This document shows, one piece after another, positions 1 to 9,835 of a stretch of 64,000 bases of DNA. How positions within the stretch are numbered: the stretch's first letter is position 1; every line of letters starts with the position of its first letter. The notes under the pieces are model-generated. The model was not told the origin of the DNA, did no database searches, and worked only from the letters and a program-made list of their open reading frames with translations. Both the position numbers and the translations under genes were made by a program. Source of the stretch: Candidatus Heimdallarchaeota archaeon. Its GTDB lineage: Archaea; Asgardarchaeota; Heimdallarchaeia; Heimdallarchaeales; Heimdallarchaeaceae. Location: NCBI GenBank assembly GCA_021399345.1, contig JAAFKI010000124.1:1-64000 (forward strand). Reading direction: 5' to 3'.

Positions 1-15
1 ATATTATTGATAATT

Positions 16-426
16 ATGGCACTTGTGATTTCCACAGAACTAAATGTTGGTTATGATAAATTCAAAGAAGTAGAAAAAGCTACCAGAGAAATTTTAGCTG
101 AATATGGATTTGGAATTTTAACTGAAATTGATGCACAAGAAACTTTGAAGGACAAAATTGATGCAGATATTCGTCCTTATAAGATCTTAGGAGCTTGTAA
201 TCCCCCTTTTGCTCATAAAGCAATAGTTCTAGTACCTGAAATTGGTGCTCTACTTCCCTGTAATGTAATAATATATGAAAACGAGAATGGAAAGATCGTT
301 GTTTCTGCAATGAATCCGAAAGAAGCTATGAGTGTAGTTAAAGTTGATAAACTCAATGAACTTGCAGATGAAGTTAACGAAATCATGAAAGATGTAATAA
401 AAGACATTGAAAGCAAATTCTCTTAG
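16..426 (+). CDS. DUF302 domain protein
   Basis: Motifs GFGILTEID, YKILGACNP and IGALLPCNV typical of DUF302; ATG at 16. Confidence 0.9.
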   Translation: MALVISTELNVGYDKFKEVEKATREILAEYGFGILTEIDAQETLKDKIDADIRPYKILGACNPPFAHKAIVLVPEIGALLPCNVIIYENENGKIVVSAMNPKEAMSVVKVDKLNELADEVNEIMKDVIKDIESKFS

Positions 427-430
427 ACTA

Positions 431-1081
431 CTATTTTTCTCCTAAAAGGAAAATTCGAAATGGATGAACTCCAGGTTTCATTATCTCAGCGTCTACAACA
501 GGATCATTCTTTACGAAATCTTTTGCTTCCTTCAGACTATTTGCAGTGAATACTGTTAAACCAAATAGGCCTTCAGCTAGAATTGGACCTGCAAGTAGAA
601 GTTGTTTTTCATCAAACTTTCTTTTCAAATGCTCAAAATGAATCTCCATTATTTTTCCTTCTTCTTCAGTCATATCATTAATGAATGTTGATCGCCCAGT
701 TATTGTTCCCATATAGATTTTAGTTTCAGCATCACATATTGATTCAATATCAAAAAATTCTTTTTCTAGTACTTCTGGAACTTCTTCTTCAGTAACAAGT
801 GAGGCTTTGAATTTGTAAAGAGAAACTTTGAGCAAATGATTGTAAACATATGGATCATTTCTGATGATTCCTTTTGCTTCCTCTTCATTATCTGCTTGAA
901 TTATAGCAAACTCGCAGAAATTATCAAGGGAAGTACCAGCAAAAATTAGTTTCTTCTCTATCTTTAAGTTCTTTAGAAATTTCCAATGTTTAATGATTAT
1001 ATCACTATAATCGGAAAATGATTCATACAGCTTCTTATCCGACAAATCGTAAAGAAAAATATAGACATTTTCCTGTTCCAT
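431..1081 (-). CDS. Tandem YciI/YCII-related domain protein
   Basis: Two repeats of H...L..AG...A...EEA....NDP.V; ATG at 1081 avoids overlap with the upstream gene. Confidence 0.75.
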   Translation of the reverse strand: MEQENVYIFLYDLSDKKLYESFSDYSDIIIKHWKFLKNLKIEKKLIFAGTSLDNFCEFAIIQADNEEEAKGIIRNDPYVYNHLLKVSLYKFKASLVTEEEVPEVLEKEFFDIESICDAETKIYMGTITGRSTFINDMTEEEGKIMEIHFEHLKRKFDEKQLLLAGPILAEGLFGLTVFTANSLKEAKDFVKNDPVVDAEIMKPGVHPFRIFLLGEK

Positions 1082-1155
1082 ATGAATTAATAGTTTATAA
1101 CTAGATTTAATATCTTTTGAAAAGTAACGAAAAAGAGAAAAGTGAAAAACAGAGA

Positions 1156-2400
1156 TCAAAATTTGTCTGTATCTTCTTTTGCCCATTCATCTGGGTCATA
1201 TTTAGGAGGCATACATCTTAGGGGTTTATCTTCATAATACCCAAGTTCATATCTAGCCTGAATTATTTTTTGAATTTCATTGCTGCCTTCATATATGGTT
1301 GCCCCACGAACATTTCTGTAATAACGGGCTACAGGATAGTCATCAGAAAAACCATAAGCTCCATGAATTTGAATAGCTCTGTCTGCACATCTTACTGCAG
1401 CATTTGTGGCATACCACTTGGCTAATGATGTTTCTCTAGTATTTACTCTGCCTAAGTTCTTTGTCCAACCAGCTTTCCATGTGAATAATTCAGCAGCTTC
1501 AATGTCGGAAACACTTTCGGCTATCATTCCCTGTATGAATTGGTGATGACCGATTTTTTTACCGAAGGTTTCACGTTCATTAGCATATTTTACAGCTGCT
1601 TCCAGCGAAGCTTTCGCACCACCAACTGCACCACCAGCAACAGTATATCGCCCCCAATCAAGTGCAGCCATAGCAACCTTGAAACCTTCATCAGGCAAAC
1701 CAAGCAAGTTTTCTTTTGGAACAGGAGTATTTTCAAAATTAACCCATCCTGTCTCACCAGCTTTTACACCCATTTTATGATGTAGATTCCCTGAGGTTAC
1801 TCCACCAAAATCACGTTCAACTATGAAAGCTCTCATACCCTTATGCCGAACATCTATCTCATAAGCAAAGACAAGGAAGATATCAGAAGATTCAGTGTAG
1901 CTTATCCACATTTTTTCTCCATTAACAATCCACTCATCACCTTCAAGACGACAAGTAGCTTTCAATCCTGCAGGATCACTTCCAGCAGCTGGTTCAGTTA
2001 AACCATACGTGCCCATCTTCTCTCCTGAGGTTAAGATGGGAAGGTACTGTTTCTTCTGTTCCATATTACCCCATTGCCATATGGTTGAACAGGCTAATCC
2101 ATTGTGAACTGATAGAATCACTCTAAATGATGTGTCAATTCTTTCTAATTCTTCACAAGCTACAGCCAAAGCAATATAATCAAGACCTCCACCGCCATAT
2201 TTTACAGGGATACTAATACCAAGAAGACCTTGTTCAGCCATCTTTTTTAATATGGGTCTGTGAAAAGTATGTGCTTGATCCCATTCCTTAACATTCGGGG
2301 CAATTTCTGCTTCTGCAAACTCTCTCACACTCTGTTTTACCATTTTATGAGTTTCGGATAACTCAAAATGAGGACCGATCTCTTTGAATTGTTCGTACAT
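1156..2400 (-). CDS. Acyl-CoA dehydrogenase
   Basis: YGLTEPAAGSD, NGEKMWIS, QIHGAYG and IYEGSNEIQ motifs. Confidence 0.95.
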   Translation of the reverse strand: MYEQFKEIGPHFELSETHKMVKQSVREFAEAEIAPNVKEWDQAHTFHRPILKKMAEQGLLGISIPVKYGGGGLDYIALAVACEELERIDTSFRVILSVHNGLACSTIWQWGNMEQKKQYLPILTSGEKMGTYGLTEPAAGSDPAGLKATCRLEGDEWIVNGEKMWISYTESSDIFLVFAYEIDVRHKGMRAFIVERDFGGVTSGNLHHKMGVKAGETGWVNFENTPVPKENLLGLPDEGFKVAMAALDWGRYTVAGGAVGGAKASLEAAVKYANERETFGKKIGHHQFIQGMIAESVSDIEAAELFTWKAGWTKNLGRVNTRETSLAKWYATNAAVRCADRAIQIHGAYGFSDDYPVARYYRNVRGATIYEGSNEIQKIIQARYELGYYEDKPLRCMPPKYDPDEWAKEDTDKF

Positions 2401-2513
2401 ATTTATCACACTTAATAATTGTTAACGACGTAATGTCTTCTTGTTTCTTTAAAAGTTTCTGAATGAATATGAAGAAAAAAATATAGTTTGCTTTTAATTC
2501 TGAAGAATTATCT

Positions 2514-2939
2514 TCAATTGAAAGTTTCTTCAATAAGTGAAACAAAATAATCTTTTGAAAAACTGCTATCTTTTAATTCAACTAGATTCCATTTTCCACT
2601 TCTTATTGCATCAATCGCACCTACTTCTACTAATGCGCTAATATGATGAGAAACTGTGGATTGTGACAATTTGAGCAAGTGTTCTATTTCACACGCACAT
2701 CTAACTCCATTCATTATTAGCATGAGAATTAGCAATCTATTTTTATTTGCTAATGCTTTGAATAACTTAAGTATCTTATTGATTTTTTCATCCTTCATCA
2801 TTGATGGCACTTGAACTTCAATTTTCTCCAATTCTTGTATTCTATTCTTTGCTTCTTCGTTCACAATACCTTGTTCGAACAGTTGACCAAGTTTCTGTTC
2901 TAGTTCTTTCATTGATTGTTCGTGCTTATCGCTAGTCAT
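2514..2939 (-). CDS. ArsR/SmtB family transcriptional regulator
   Basis: FKALANKNRLLIL, CACEI metal site, LSQSTVSHH helix; divergent from the permease. Confidence 0.9.
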   Translation of the reverse strand: MTSDKHEQSMKELEQKLGQLFEQGIVNEEAKNRIQELEKIEVQVPSMMKDEKINKILKLFKALANKNRLLILMLIMNGVRCACEIEHLLKLSQSTVSHHISALVEVGAIDAIRSGKWNLVELKDSSFSKDYFVSLIEETFN

Positions 2940-3030
2940 TGTCAAACCACATTATATTTCAAATGACATAAAAGTTTCTATTAAAACGAAAGTTTATTAC
3001 AATTCTCGCCGGTCTAACCAACAAATTTAT

Positions 3031-3050
3031 ATATCGAATTTTTTCGATAT
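3031..3050. promoter_or_regulatory. Perfect 8-4-8 inverted repeat, probable ArsR operator
   Basis: ATATCGAA-TTTT-TTCGATAT overlapping a TATA-like TTTATATA, 20 bp before the permease start. Confidence 0.7.
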
Positions 3051-3070
3051 GAGTTAATAGAGGAATTAGC

Positions 3071-4507
3071 TTGGCATCAGCATTTTGGTTAACAATTCTT
3101 TCAATGTTACAGGGTGGATTTTTTTCTCTTGCTGATTATCTTTCACTTCATGTACTTCTGTGTTTAATTCCAGCATTCTTTATTGCTGGAGCAATGATTG
3201 TTTTTGTTCCAAAGGAGCTTATTGTGAAGTATATGGGAAAAGATTCTAGAAAGATTGTTGCATATCCAGTTGCAGCTATTTCAGGATTATTATTAGCTGT
3301 ATGTTCATGTACAGTTTTGCCATTGTTTGCAGGTATTAGAAAGAAGGGAGCGGGTTTAGGTCCAGCAATGACATTTCTGTTCTCTGCGCCTGCTGTGAAT
3401 ATCCTAGCCTTGACCTATACAGGCACACTTATCGGAATGGACATTGCAATTGCCAGAGCAATTCTAGCCCTTTCTTTTGCAATAATTATTGGCCTTATTA
3501 TGGAATTTATATTCAGAGACAAAAAGAAAGAAATGATAGCTGATCTAGAATCAGAGGAAGATAACGATACAAATACTCAAACTGAAATTCAAGAAAGAAA
3601 AAAAATAAATCTAATTACAGTAGCAAGAGGAGCAATTATCATATCAATATTAATTGTTGGAGTACTAATTGCTTTCTTCAATAGAAATAATCTTCAAAAA
3701 CTAGGGGTCAAAAATCCACCATTAATCCAGACAATTATCTGGGGTGCAGGTTTAACTTTACTAATCGCAAGTTTCTTCTTTATTAAAAGTACTAAAATCA
3801 ATCTTTTTTCAGGATTGATTTATTTGTTATTTACAGGTACTTCACAAATAAATTATTTCTTAGCTAAAGCAGATGTATTTAGTTCAGTTAGTGATTTTGG
3901 AATTGGCAAATACGCAAGCATCACTCAAGGCACCAACACAATACTACCTGGATCGTTTGAGTATTTTACAACTGAAGCATTTAGAATCGATTTAGCTAAT
4001 ATGGCAATTAAAGCTGTTCTTTCAATAATAGTAGCTGTTACCATTGCTTTGTATGTTATAAAAAGAATCGACAAAGAGGAAAGTAAAGAGTGGATGAGAG
4101 AAATTTGGTTTTTCATCAAGAAAATTGTCCCTTATCTAATTATAGGTGTCTTTGTAGCAGGAATGCTTAAAGAGTTAATTCCTCCAGAGTTTATTCAGAA
4201 TCTTGTTGGTAGGAACACAGTAGTTGCAAATCTCGTTGGTGTAACTTTTGGTGTAGTTGCTTATTTCCCAACATTAATGGAAGTACCTATTGCTCAGATG
4301 TTTCTAGACCTTGGGATGGCTAGAGGAGTCTTACTTGCTTACTTGTTAGCAGATCCAGAACTGTCTATTCAGAGCATTTTAGTTACACGCAAATTCATTG
4401 GAGATAAGAAGAATTTTGTTTACTTACTGTTAGTAATAATCTTTTCAGTTCTAGCGGGATTATTATTTGGTTTAATCGTATCGAATGAACCAATAACATT
4501 TCTTTAA
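3071..4507 (+). CDS. ArsP/DUF318 family permease
   Basis: LAVCSCTVLPLF, GPAMTFLFSAPAVN, YFPTLMEVPI; many TM segments. Confidence 0.9.
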   Translation: MASAFWLTILSMLQGGFFSLADYLSLHVLLCLIPAFFIAGAMIVFVPKELIVKYMGKDSRKIVAYPVAAISGLLLAVCSCTVLPLFAGIRKKGAGLGPAMTFLFSAPAVNILALTYTGTLIGMDIAIARAILALSFAIIIGLIMEFIFRDKKKEMIADLESEEDNDTNTQTEIQERKKINLITVARGAIIISILIVGVLIAFFNRNNLQKLGVKNPPLIQTIIWGAGLTLLIASFFFIKSTKINLFSGLIYLLFTGTSQINYFLAKADVFSSVSDFGIGKYASITQGTNTILPGSFEYFTTEAFRIDLANMAIKAVLSIIVAVTIALYVIKRIDKEESKEWMREIWFFIKKIVPYLIIGVFVAGMLKELIPPEFIQNLVGRNTVVANLVGVTFGVVAYFPTLMEVPIAQMFLDLGMARGVLLAYLLADPELSIQSILVTRKFIGDKKNFVYLLLVIIFSVLAGLLFGLIVSNEPITFL

Positions 4508-4524
4508 ATATTAGGTGAAAAAAT

Positions 4525-4770
4525 ATGTCAGATATGAAATTAATTCAAGTTGTAGGAAAAGGTTGTAAAAAGTGCGAAAAGCAGTATGAATTAGTTCTTC
4601 AAGCAGTTAAAACATCAGGAAAAGAAAATAAATACAAAGTTGAACATTTTACAGATATAACTAAATTTGCTGACCTTGACATTTTTTTGACTCCTGCACT
4701 AAGAATAGATGGAAAGATAGTAAGTGAAGGTAGAGTAATAGGTGTAGAAAAAATAAAGAAAATGCTGTAA
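4525..4770 (+). CDS. Small redox-active disulfide protein (MTH895/thioredoxin-like)
   Basis: GKGCKKC and TPALRIDG; SD AGGTGA; usual partner of DUF318. Confidence 0.9.
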   Translation: MSDMKLIQVVGKGCKKCEKQYELVLQAVKTSGKENKYKVEHFTDITKFADLDIFLTPALRIDGKIVSEGRVIGVEKIKKML

Positions 4771-4876
4771 CCTGTATTAGTAAGATGAAGATTGCTCCTT
4801 TGAAAAGAATTTTAACCTTTCAAATTAAATACACCTTTGGGGAACTTCATAAATCATTCAATATAGGTTGAGAAAC

Positions 4877-5539
4877 ATGGCAGATGAAATTAAACACTAT
4901 GCTACTGGTTCAGTAATTCCTCTAGGAGATGGGTTCACAGGAAAATCAGTATTATCACGTCTAATTATTAATCCCGATGTTTCTGATGAAGAACTAAAAG
5001 ACATTCTTCTGAAAACTAAAAAATCCTACAATATTGAAATAGAATTTAGTAGTGAGGTCGTAGAAGTAGATAGCTTATCAGTCACAACAACTTTGCAATT
5101 CTACGTATTTCCAGGTCAAAGGCAAAAAGCTTCTTCTAGAAGTACAACTTTTAATGAAATTCTATCTGTTTTTGATTGTTTTCCAGCTTTATTGAGAGTA
5201 TCTGCGTTATTATTAATTTATGATGTTTCTCGGTTTAGCACACTTGAGTCATTAGAGATATGGTTGCGATTTGCAATTGTAAAAGAATGGATCTATGAAG
5301 ACACTTTGATTTTACTTGTTCCAAATAAAGTAGATCTTGAAAAACCAAAACAAAGGGATATAGATCAAATAATCTCAACAATTTATGAATATATTGCAGA
5401 CCACAATCTTCCAATTGATGTTAATCACATCAAAGCTATAAATTCCTCCTGTGTAACTCTCGAAGGGATTAATGAGATTAGAGAGGAAGTGGTGGATTGG
5501 ATAGCTCATCGAGGAATACGCGGAGTAGGAATAAAGTAA
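4877..5539 (+). CDS. Ras/Rab-superfamily small GTPase, divergent
   Basis: G1 GDGFTGKS, LLIYDVS, G4 NKVD, G5-like NSSC..GI; G3 reads VFPGQ. Confidence 0.8.
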   Translation: MADEIKHYATGSVIPLGDGFTGKSVLSRLIINPDVSDEELKDILLKTKKSYNIEIEFSSEVVEVDSLSVTTTLQFYVFPGQRQKASSRSTTFNEILSVFDCFPALLRVSALLLIYDVSRFSTLESLEIWLRFAIVKEWIYEDTLILLVPNKVDLEKPKQRDIDQIISTIYEYIADHNLPIDVNHIKAINSSCVTLEGINEIREEVVDWIAHRGIRGVGIK

Positions 5540-5713
5540 TTCCTACATATTTTTCTCCACTAGAAATATAGGTCATTTCTACTGCCGAGAAGGTGGGAAG
5601 TTCTTGTAATGATACCCTTGTTAGAATGCCTCCCTCTTTGCAAAACAATGAAAATAGATAAATTCACCTTCTTAGAAGTGAAATTTATAAGTATCGTCTA
5701 ATCATCATAAATT

Positions 5714-6307
5714 ATGGATGAAACAGAAAATATCCCTGAAATTCCAGGAGTAGATCCATACAATACTAAAGTTACTCCTTATCAAGAAATAAGCATTTCT
5801 GAAATTCCTTCTGGTTCAATTATAGATATAGGAGCTGGAGGAGAAGGTGTTATAGCACAAATCGGTAGAGAAAGGATAACCGCAATAGATAAACTTCAAG
5901 CTGAAATTGATGAAGCAAAAGATAAGTCTCCTGAAGCAAAATGGATGGTTGCAGATGCGCTAAACCTACCATTTGAAAATGAAGAATTTGATAATGCAAC
6001 TTCTTTTTTCTGCGGCATGTACATGTCTAATGAGGATAAAAAGAAGGCAATCAAAGAGATTTATAGAGTAATATCTCCGGGTGGAGAATTTTGGATTTGG
6101 GATTCAAAAATTAACACAGAAAAAGAGAGATTCATAATTGTTCTGACAATTTCTTTACCAGGTAGAGAAAAATTCAATACTGGATATGGAACAAAAAACA
6201 CATTTCAGAATGAAGACATCTATAAAGAGTACCTTGAAGAGGTAGGTTTTGCCATAGAAGAGATTAAAGTGGATAAATACTGGTTTTTCATCAAAGCAAA
6301 GAAATAG
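5714..6307 (+). CDS. Class I SAM-dependent methyltransferase
   Basis: IIDIGAGGEG, DALNLPF and YRVISPGG motifs. Confidence 0.9.
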   Translation: MDETENIPEIPGVDPYNTKVTPYQEISISEIPSGSIIDIGAGGEGVIAQIGRERITAIDKLQAEIDEAKDKSPEAKWMVADALNLPFENEEFDNATSFFCGMYMSNEDKKKAIKEIYRVISPGGEFWIWDSKINTEKERFIIVLTISLPGREKFNTGYGTKNTFQNEDIYKEYLEEVGFAIEEIKVDKYWFFIKAKK

Positions 6308-6420
6308 ATTATACAGTCCTCAATATGGTGTATCTTGTTATAAAATCCAATTTTTAAAAAACATAAGAGAAAGGAAAAACTATAGAGTATTTTTTTATAC
6401 TCTCATACTTTTTTCATATT

Positions 6421-7692
6421 ATGTCTTCTTCAGAATATACCACTTGTTTCTACTGTTTGGAATATTCAAAAATCGCAAATGATTATCCTATCAATTTTGC
6501 TTCTAAAGATGTGGATTCTTTTACTCCTCGATGCTTCCTCCATTGGGAATATGAATGTAGTAAATGTGGAAAAATGACTCATTTTAATGGCGTTTCTTGG
6601 TGTTCCAGTTGTAAAAAGTTTACTTGTTTACGTTGTGTAGAGGAGAAAATTGAGAAAAAAGAATTTCTAACTTATGATTACTATTATAGAATTCCTTGTC
6701 ATAGTTGTGGAAAATACAATGCAGCTTTAGATTTTGCAGAATATGAGGGAACACATCCTTATCAGATTGGGGATCTTATACCAGAAGAAGATACAGTAGT
6801 CTGGATGCCTATCCATTTAGAAGAATTGAAATCTCAAACATTTCCTCATAAAGCATGGGGCTTGAGAAGAATACTTTCACTAGGAAAATATGTAGAATTT
6901 AAGAGACTTGATTCACTTGACAATTATGATCCAAAGTCTACTTGGGATGCTTTAGCACCATTTTGGGCACCTCTTTTTCAAGAAGGAGGAGATTATCATC
7001 ACAAATATAAGATTCTTCCAGAAGTAAATCGTTTGCTTGATGTTATGGAAGATGAAAAAATTCTAGATGTAGCATGTGGTGAAGGAAATGTTGCTAGAAA
7101 TCTAGCAAAACAAGGGGCACAAGTAACAGGTCTTGATATCTCTAAATTGGTTGACTATGCAATCGAGAGAGAAAAAGAAGAAAAGTTAGGCATTAAGTAT
7201 TTAAAACTTAATGCTGAAAAACTAGCTAGTAAATTTATAGAAGCATCTTTTGATAAGGTCATATGCAATATGGCATTAATGGACATAGAAAATTATAAAA
7301 CAACAATTGAACAAATTTCATATGTTCTTAAGGAAGATGGAATTTTTGTTTTTAGTATTACACATCCAGCTTTCGCTTGGCCAACTTGTACTTCCTTTCG
7401 AGTTCCAAGAGGTAGTCAAAGAAATGAAGATAAATTGCGATTAGTACTAAACTATTTTGATGAAAGACCAACGCTTATTGATTATGGAAATGATACACCA
7501 TCTCTTCAATTCCCCAGGACTATAAGTTCTTATCTTAATGAGTTGGTAAAAAACGATTTGATTCTTATGGAGATGAGTGAACCAAAAGCTTCAGAAGAAC
7601 TTGTAGATGAATTTCCGAGACAGGCATACTTGGATGACGAAACTTTTCCTGATTTTTTGATTATGAAGACGATAAAAAAAACTATACTATAA
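6421..7692 (+). CDS. Cys-rich Zn-binding domain fused to a class I methyltransferase
   Basis: N-terminal array of CxxC/CxxH pairs; C-terminal ILDVACGEG, FDKVICNMALMDI, FSITHP. Confidence 0.8.
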   Translation: MSSSEYTTCFYCLEYSKIANDYPINFASKDVDSFTPRCFLHWEYECSKCGKMTHFNGVSWCSSCKKFTCLRCVEEKIEKKEFLTYDYYYRIPCHSCGKYNAALDFAEYEGTHPYQIGDLIPEEDTVVWMPIHLEELKSQTFPHKAWGLRRILSLGKYVEFKRLDSLDNYDPKSTWDALAPFWAPLFQEGGDYHHKYKILPEVNRLLDVMEDEKILDVACGEGNVARNLAKQGAQVTGLDISKLVDYAIEREKEEKLGIKYLKLNAEKLASKFIEASFDKVICNMALMDIENYKTTIEQISYVLKEDGIFVFSITHPAFAWPTCTSFRVPRGSQRNEDKLRLVLNYFDERPTLIDYGNDTPSLQFPRTISSYLNELVKNDLILMEMSEPKASEELVDEFPRQAYLDDETFPDFLIMKTIKKTIL

Positions 7693-7696
7693 GTTA

Positions 7697-8482
7697 TTAA
7701 ACTCCAACCATTATAAATGAAGCATACACTTCATATCCCACTTTTGAATATACTTTTATTGCGGATTTATTGTCAGTTAGCACATGTATGATTGCTATTT
7801 CAGTGTGTTCCATCATTTTATGAACACTCTCATTAACCAAATAAGTTGCTAAACCTAAATTCTGATATTTAGGGTGTGTAGCTGCATTTGCTATAATTGC
7901 TGCAGTTTCATCTATCCATGCTAATGTGAAAGAAATTAGCTTATTTCCATCAAATAAACCAGTATAATTCTGATTTTCATCGAAAGTTAAATGTTTAGAA
8001 GTTATTTTACTCCAATAGGTTGGGCTTGCTTTTGCCATGAGCTTTGCTATCTTATGTGAATCTTCTTTCGTCAATTTTCTCTGTGTAAAGGGTTTATCTA
8101 ATGGAAAGCGAGGGATCATTCTATCTTTTTGGAGTACCATTCGATGTAGTTGTAGTTTTGTTTTTGGTTTTGGAATCAAAGAAGATAACATCTCTTGATA
8201 TCTTATTTCAAAATTGAACTGATTGATTGGAATATCTTCAGGGATTGCACAAAATAATGATTTTATGATTTTCTCATTCTGACCACGTAAGTGGGCAATC
8301 TGATTTTTCCATATAAGACATAATCCAACAATATCTTCATTTTCAATTGCTACTAAGAATTGACTTTGTTCAGGATACTGTTTTAAATCTAGAATGAAGA
8401 AGAAATAAAATGGTACATCACTAAGAACATAATCCCAGAATTTTTTTTGTTCTATGTGCTCTAGTTTAACGACTTGTAGCAT
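7697..8482 (-). CDS. GNAT family N-acetyltransferase (FR47-like)
   Basis: ATHPKYQNLGLA and NKSAIKVYSKVGY acetyl-CoA motifs. Confidence 0.9.
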   Translation of the reverse strand: MLQVVKLEHIEQKKFWDYVLSDVPFYFFFILDLKQYPEQSQFLVAIENEDIVGLCLIWKNQIAHLRGQNEKIIKSLFCAIPEDIPINQFNFEIRYQEMLSSLIPKPKTKLQLHRMVLQKDRMIPRFPLDKPFTQRKLTKEDSHKIAKLMAKASPTYWSKITSKHLTFDENQNYTGLFDGNKLISFTLAWIDETAAIIANAATHPKYQNLGLATYLVNESVHKMMEHTEIAIIHVLTDNKSAIKVYSKVGYEVYASFIMVGV

Positions 8483-8527
8483 GTAAATTACTATTGTAGT
8501 TGCGTTTATATAAATATCTTAGTTCAA

Positions 8528-9379
8528 TTATTCGAATTTTAGTTTTATTCTAATAGGACAGTGATCAGAACCCATTACTTCATTCATCATAATTGATTCA
8601 ACTAAATTATCTACTAAATCTTCAGATACAAAGAAATAATCTATTCTCCAGCCTACATTTCTTTCTCTGGCAGTTACACCTTTCACTATCGCCCTTGTTG
8701 ACCACCAGGTATAGTGTTCTGGTTCTTTGTTAAAATATCGGAATGTATCAACAAATCCTTTTGATATCAACTTATCTATCCATTTTCGTTCATTTGGAAG
8801 AAAACCAGAAACGGTTTCATTTGGTTTAGGATGCGTCAAATCTATTCCTGTATGAGCAGTATTAACATCACCACAAATAATTACTGATTTTCTTTGCTTC
8901 CTTAGATTAACAACATGTTCTAGAAATACTTCATAGAAATCCATTTTGTATTTGAATCTTTCATCACTAAGCTTCCCATTTGGAAAGTAAACATTCAATA
9001 AAACAAAATCTGGAAATTCTGTTTCCATTACTCTACCCTCTTTATTCAACCTTTCAACTGCTAAATCAGTGTTTACATGAACAGGTTTTGTTTTTGAATA
9101 AGTTACAACACCACTATATCCTTTTCTCTCAGCAGATGAGAAATTGCTCGTGTAACCTTGTGGTTTTAGAAGAGAGCTTGTGAGTTGATCAGGATGAGCT
9201 TTTGTCTCTTGAAGACATAAGGCATCTGGAGATAGTAGATGCAACCAATCAAGTAGTTTTAATTTTACAAATTCTTCTTTTTGCAAAATTTGATTAAATT
9301 TCATTCCTTCAGAAATATCTTTCTTGGAAACAGCTCTAATACCATTCACATTCCATGAAACTAGAGTAATTTCTTTCAT
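8528..9379 (-). CDS. xth: Exodeoxyribonuclease III / AP endonuclease
   Basis: SWNVNGIRA, LQETK, GYSGV, GDVNTAH, GWRIDY and GSDHCP motifs. Confidence 0.96.
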   Translation of the reverse strand: MKEITLVSWNVNGIRAVSKKDISEGMKFNQILQKEEFVKLKLLDWLHLLSPDALCLQETKAHPDQLTSSLLKPQGYTSNFSSAERKGYSGVVTYSKTKPVHVNTDLAVERLNKEGRVMETEFPDFVLLNVYFPNGKLSDERFKYKMDFYEVFLEHVVNLRKQRKSVIICGDVNTAHTGIDLTHPKPNETVSGFLPNERKWIDKLISKGFVDTFRYFNKEPEHYTWWSTRAIVKGVTARERNVGWRIDYFFVSEDLVDNLVESIMMNEVMGSDHCPIRIKLKFE

Positions 9380-9604
9380 ACAGATATTTCGTTATTTGTG
9401 TCTTAAACTTTGCGAGTTATCCATTTTTTGAGCTTTAACCATTCAGCTAAAGCCTTGCACTTCTCCTTTAACATCTTTAAGGAATTAACTATATTATATT
9501 CTAATCCAGTTACGTTATTTGACCAAATAGTTTAACCATTAATCGAATTAATTAAAAAAATCCTTTAATAAAGAGGTGATTATGTAATATTAGGTGCAAA
9601 AAAA

Positions 9605-9727
9605 ATGGCAATGAAAATCAAAACTGGAAAAACAAAAAATCAGAAACTAATTCAAGAGTTAGAAAATGAATATACTAGAATAAATCAACTAACTTTAGCT
9701 GCAAAAAATGGTGTATTTAACTACTAA
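9605..9727 (+). CDS. Putative 40-aa small protein (MAMKIKTGKTKNQKLIQELENEYTRINQLTLAAKNGVFNY)
   Basis: Own translation; AGGTG SD-like sequence upstream, T-rich tract downstream; lies in an otherwise empty 450-bp gap. Confidence 0.5.
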   Translation: MAMKIKTGKTKNQKLIQELENEYTRINQLTLAAKNGVFNY

Positions 9728-9835
9728 CCTTTCTTTTCATCTTCCATTAAAGCAATAGCTTTTTCTTCAATTAAATCTCTAACTTTCCTATATTCATTAA
9801 TTGATTTGTCTTTGGAATCATCCAAATCTTAATTT

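Noticed and set aside
1082-1186. Long N-terminal extensions given for several ORFs (431-1186, 19314, 25525, 28813, 48667)
   Set aside because: They overlap neighbours or promoter regions; downstream starts fit SD signals, signal peptides or domain boundaries better
5560-5690. Slightly GC-richer intergenic stretch as an ncRNA, SECIS or minus-strand small ORF
   Set aside because: Only weak G-U-rich pairing; the possible ORF overlaps the GTPase 3' end and has no recognisable motif
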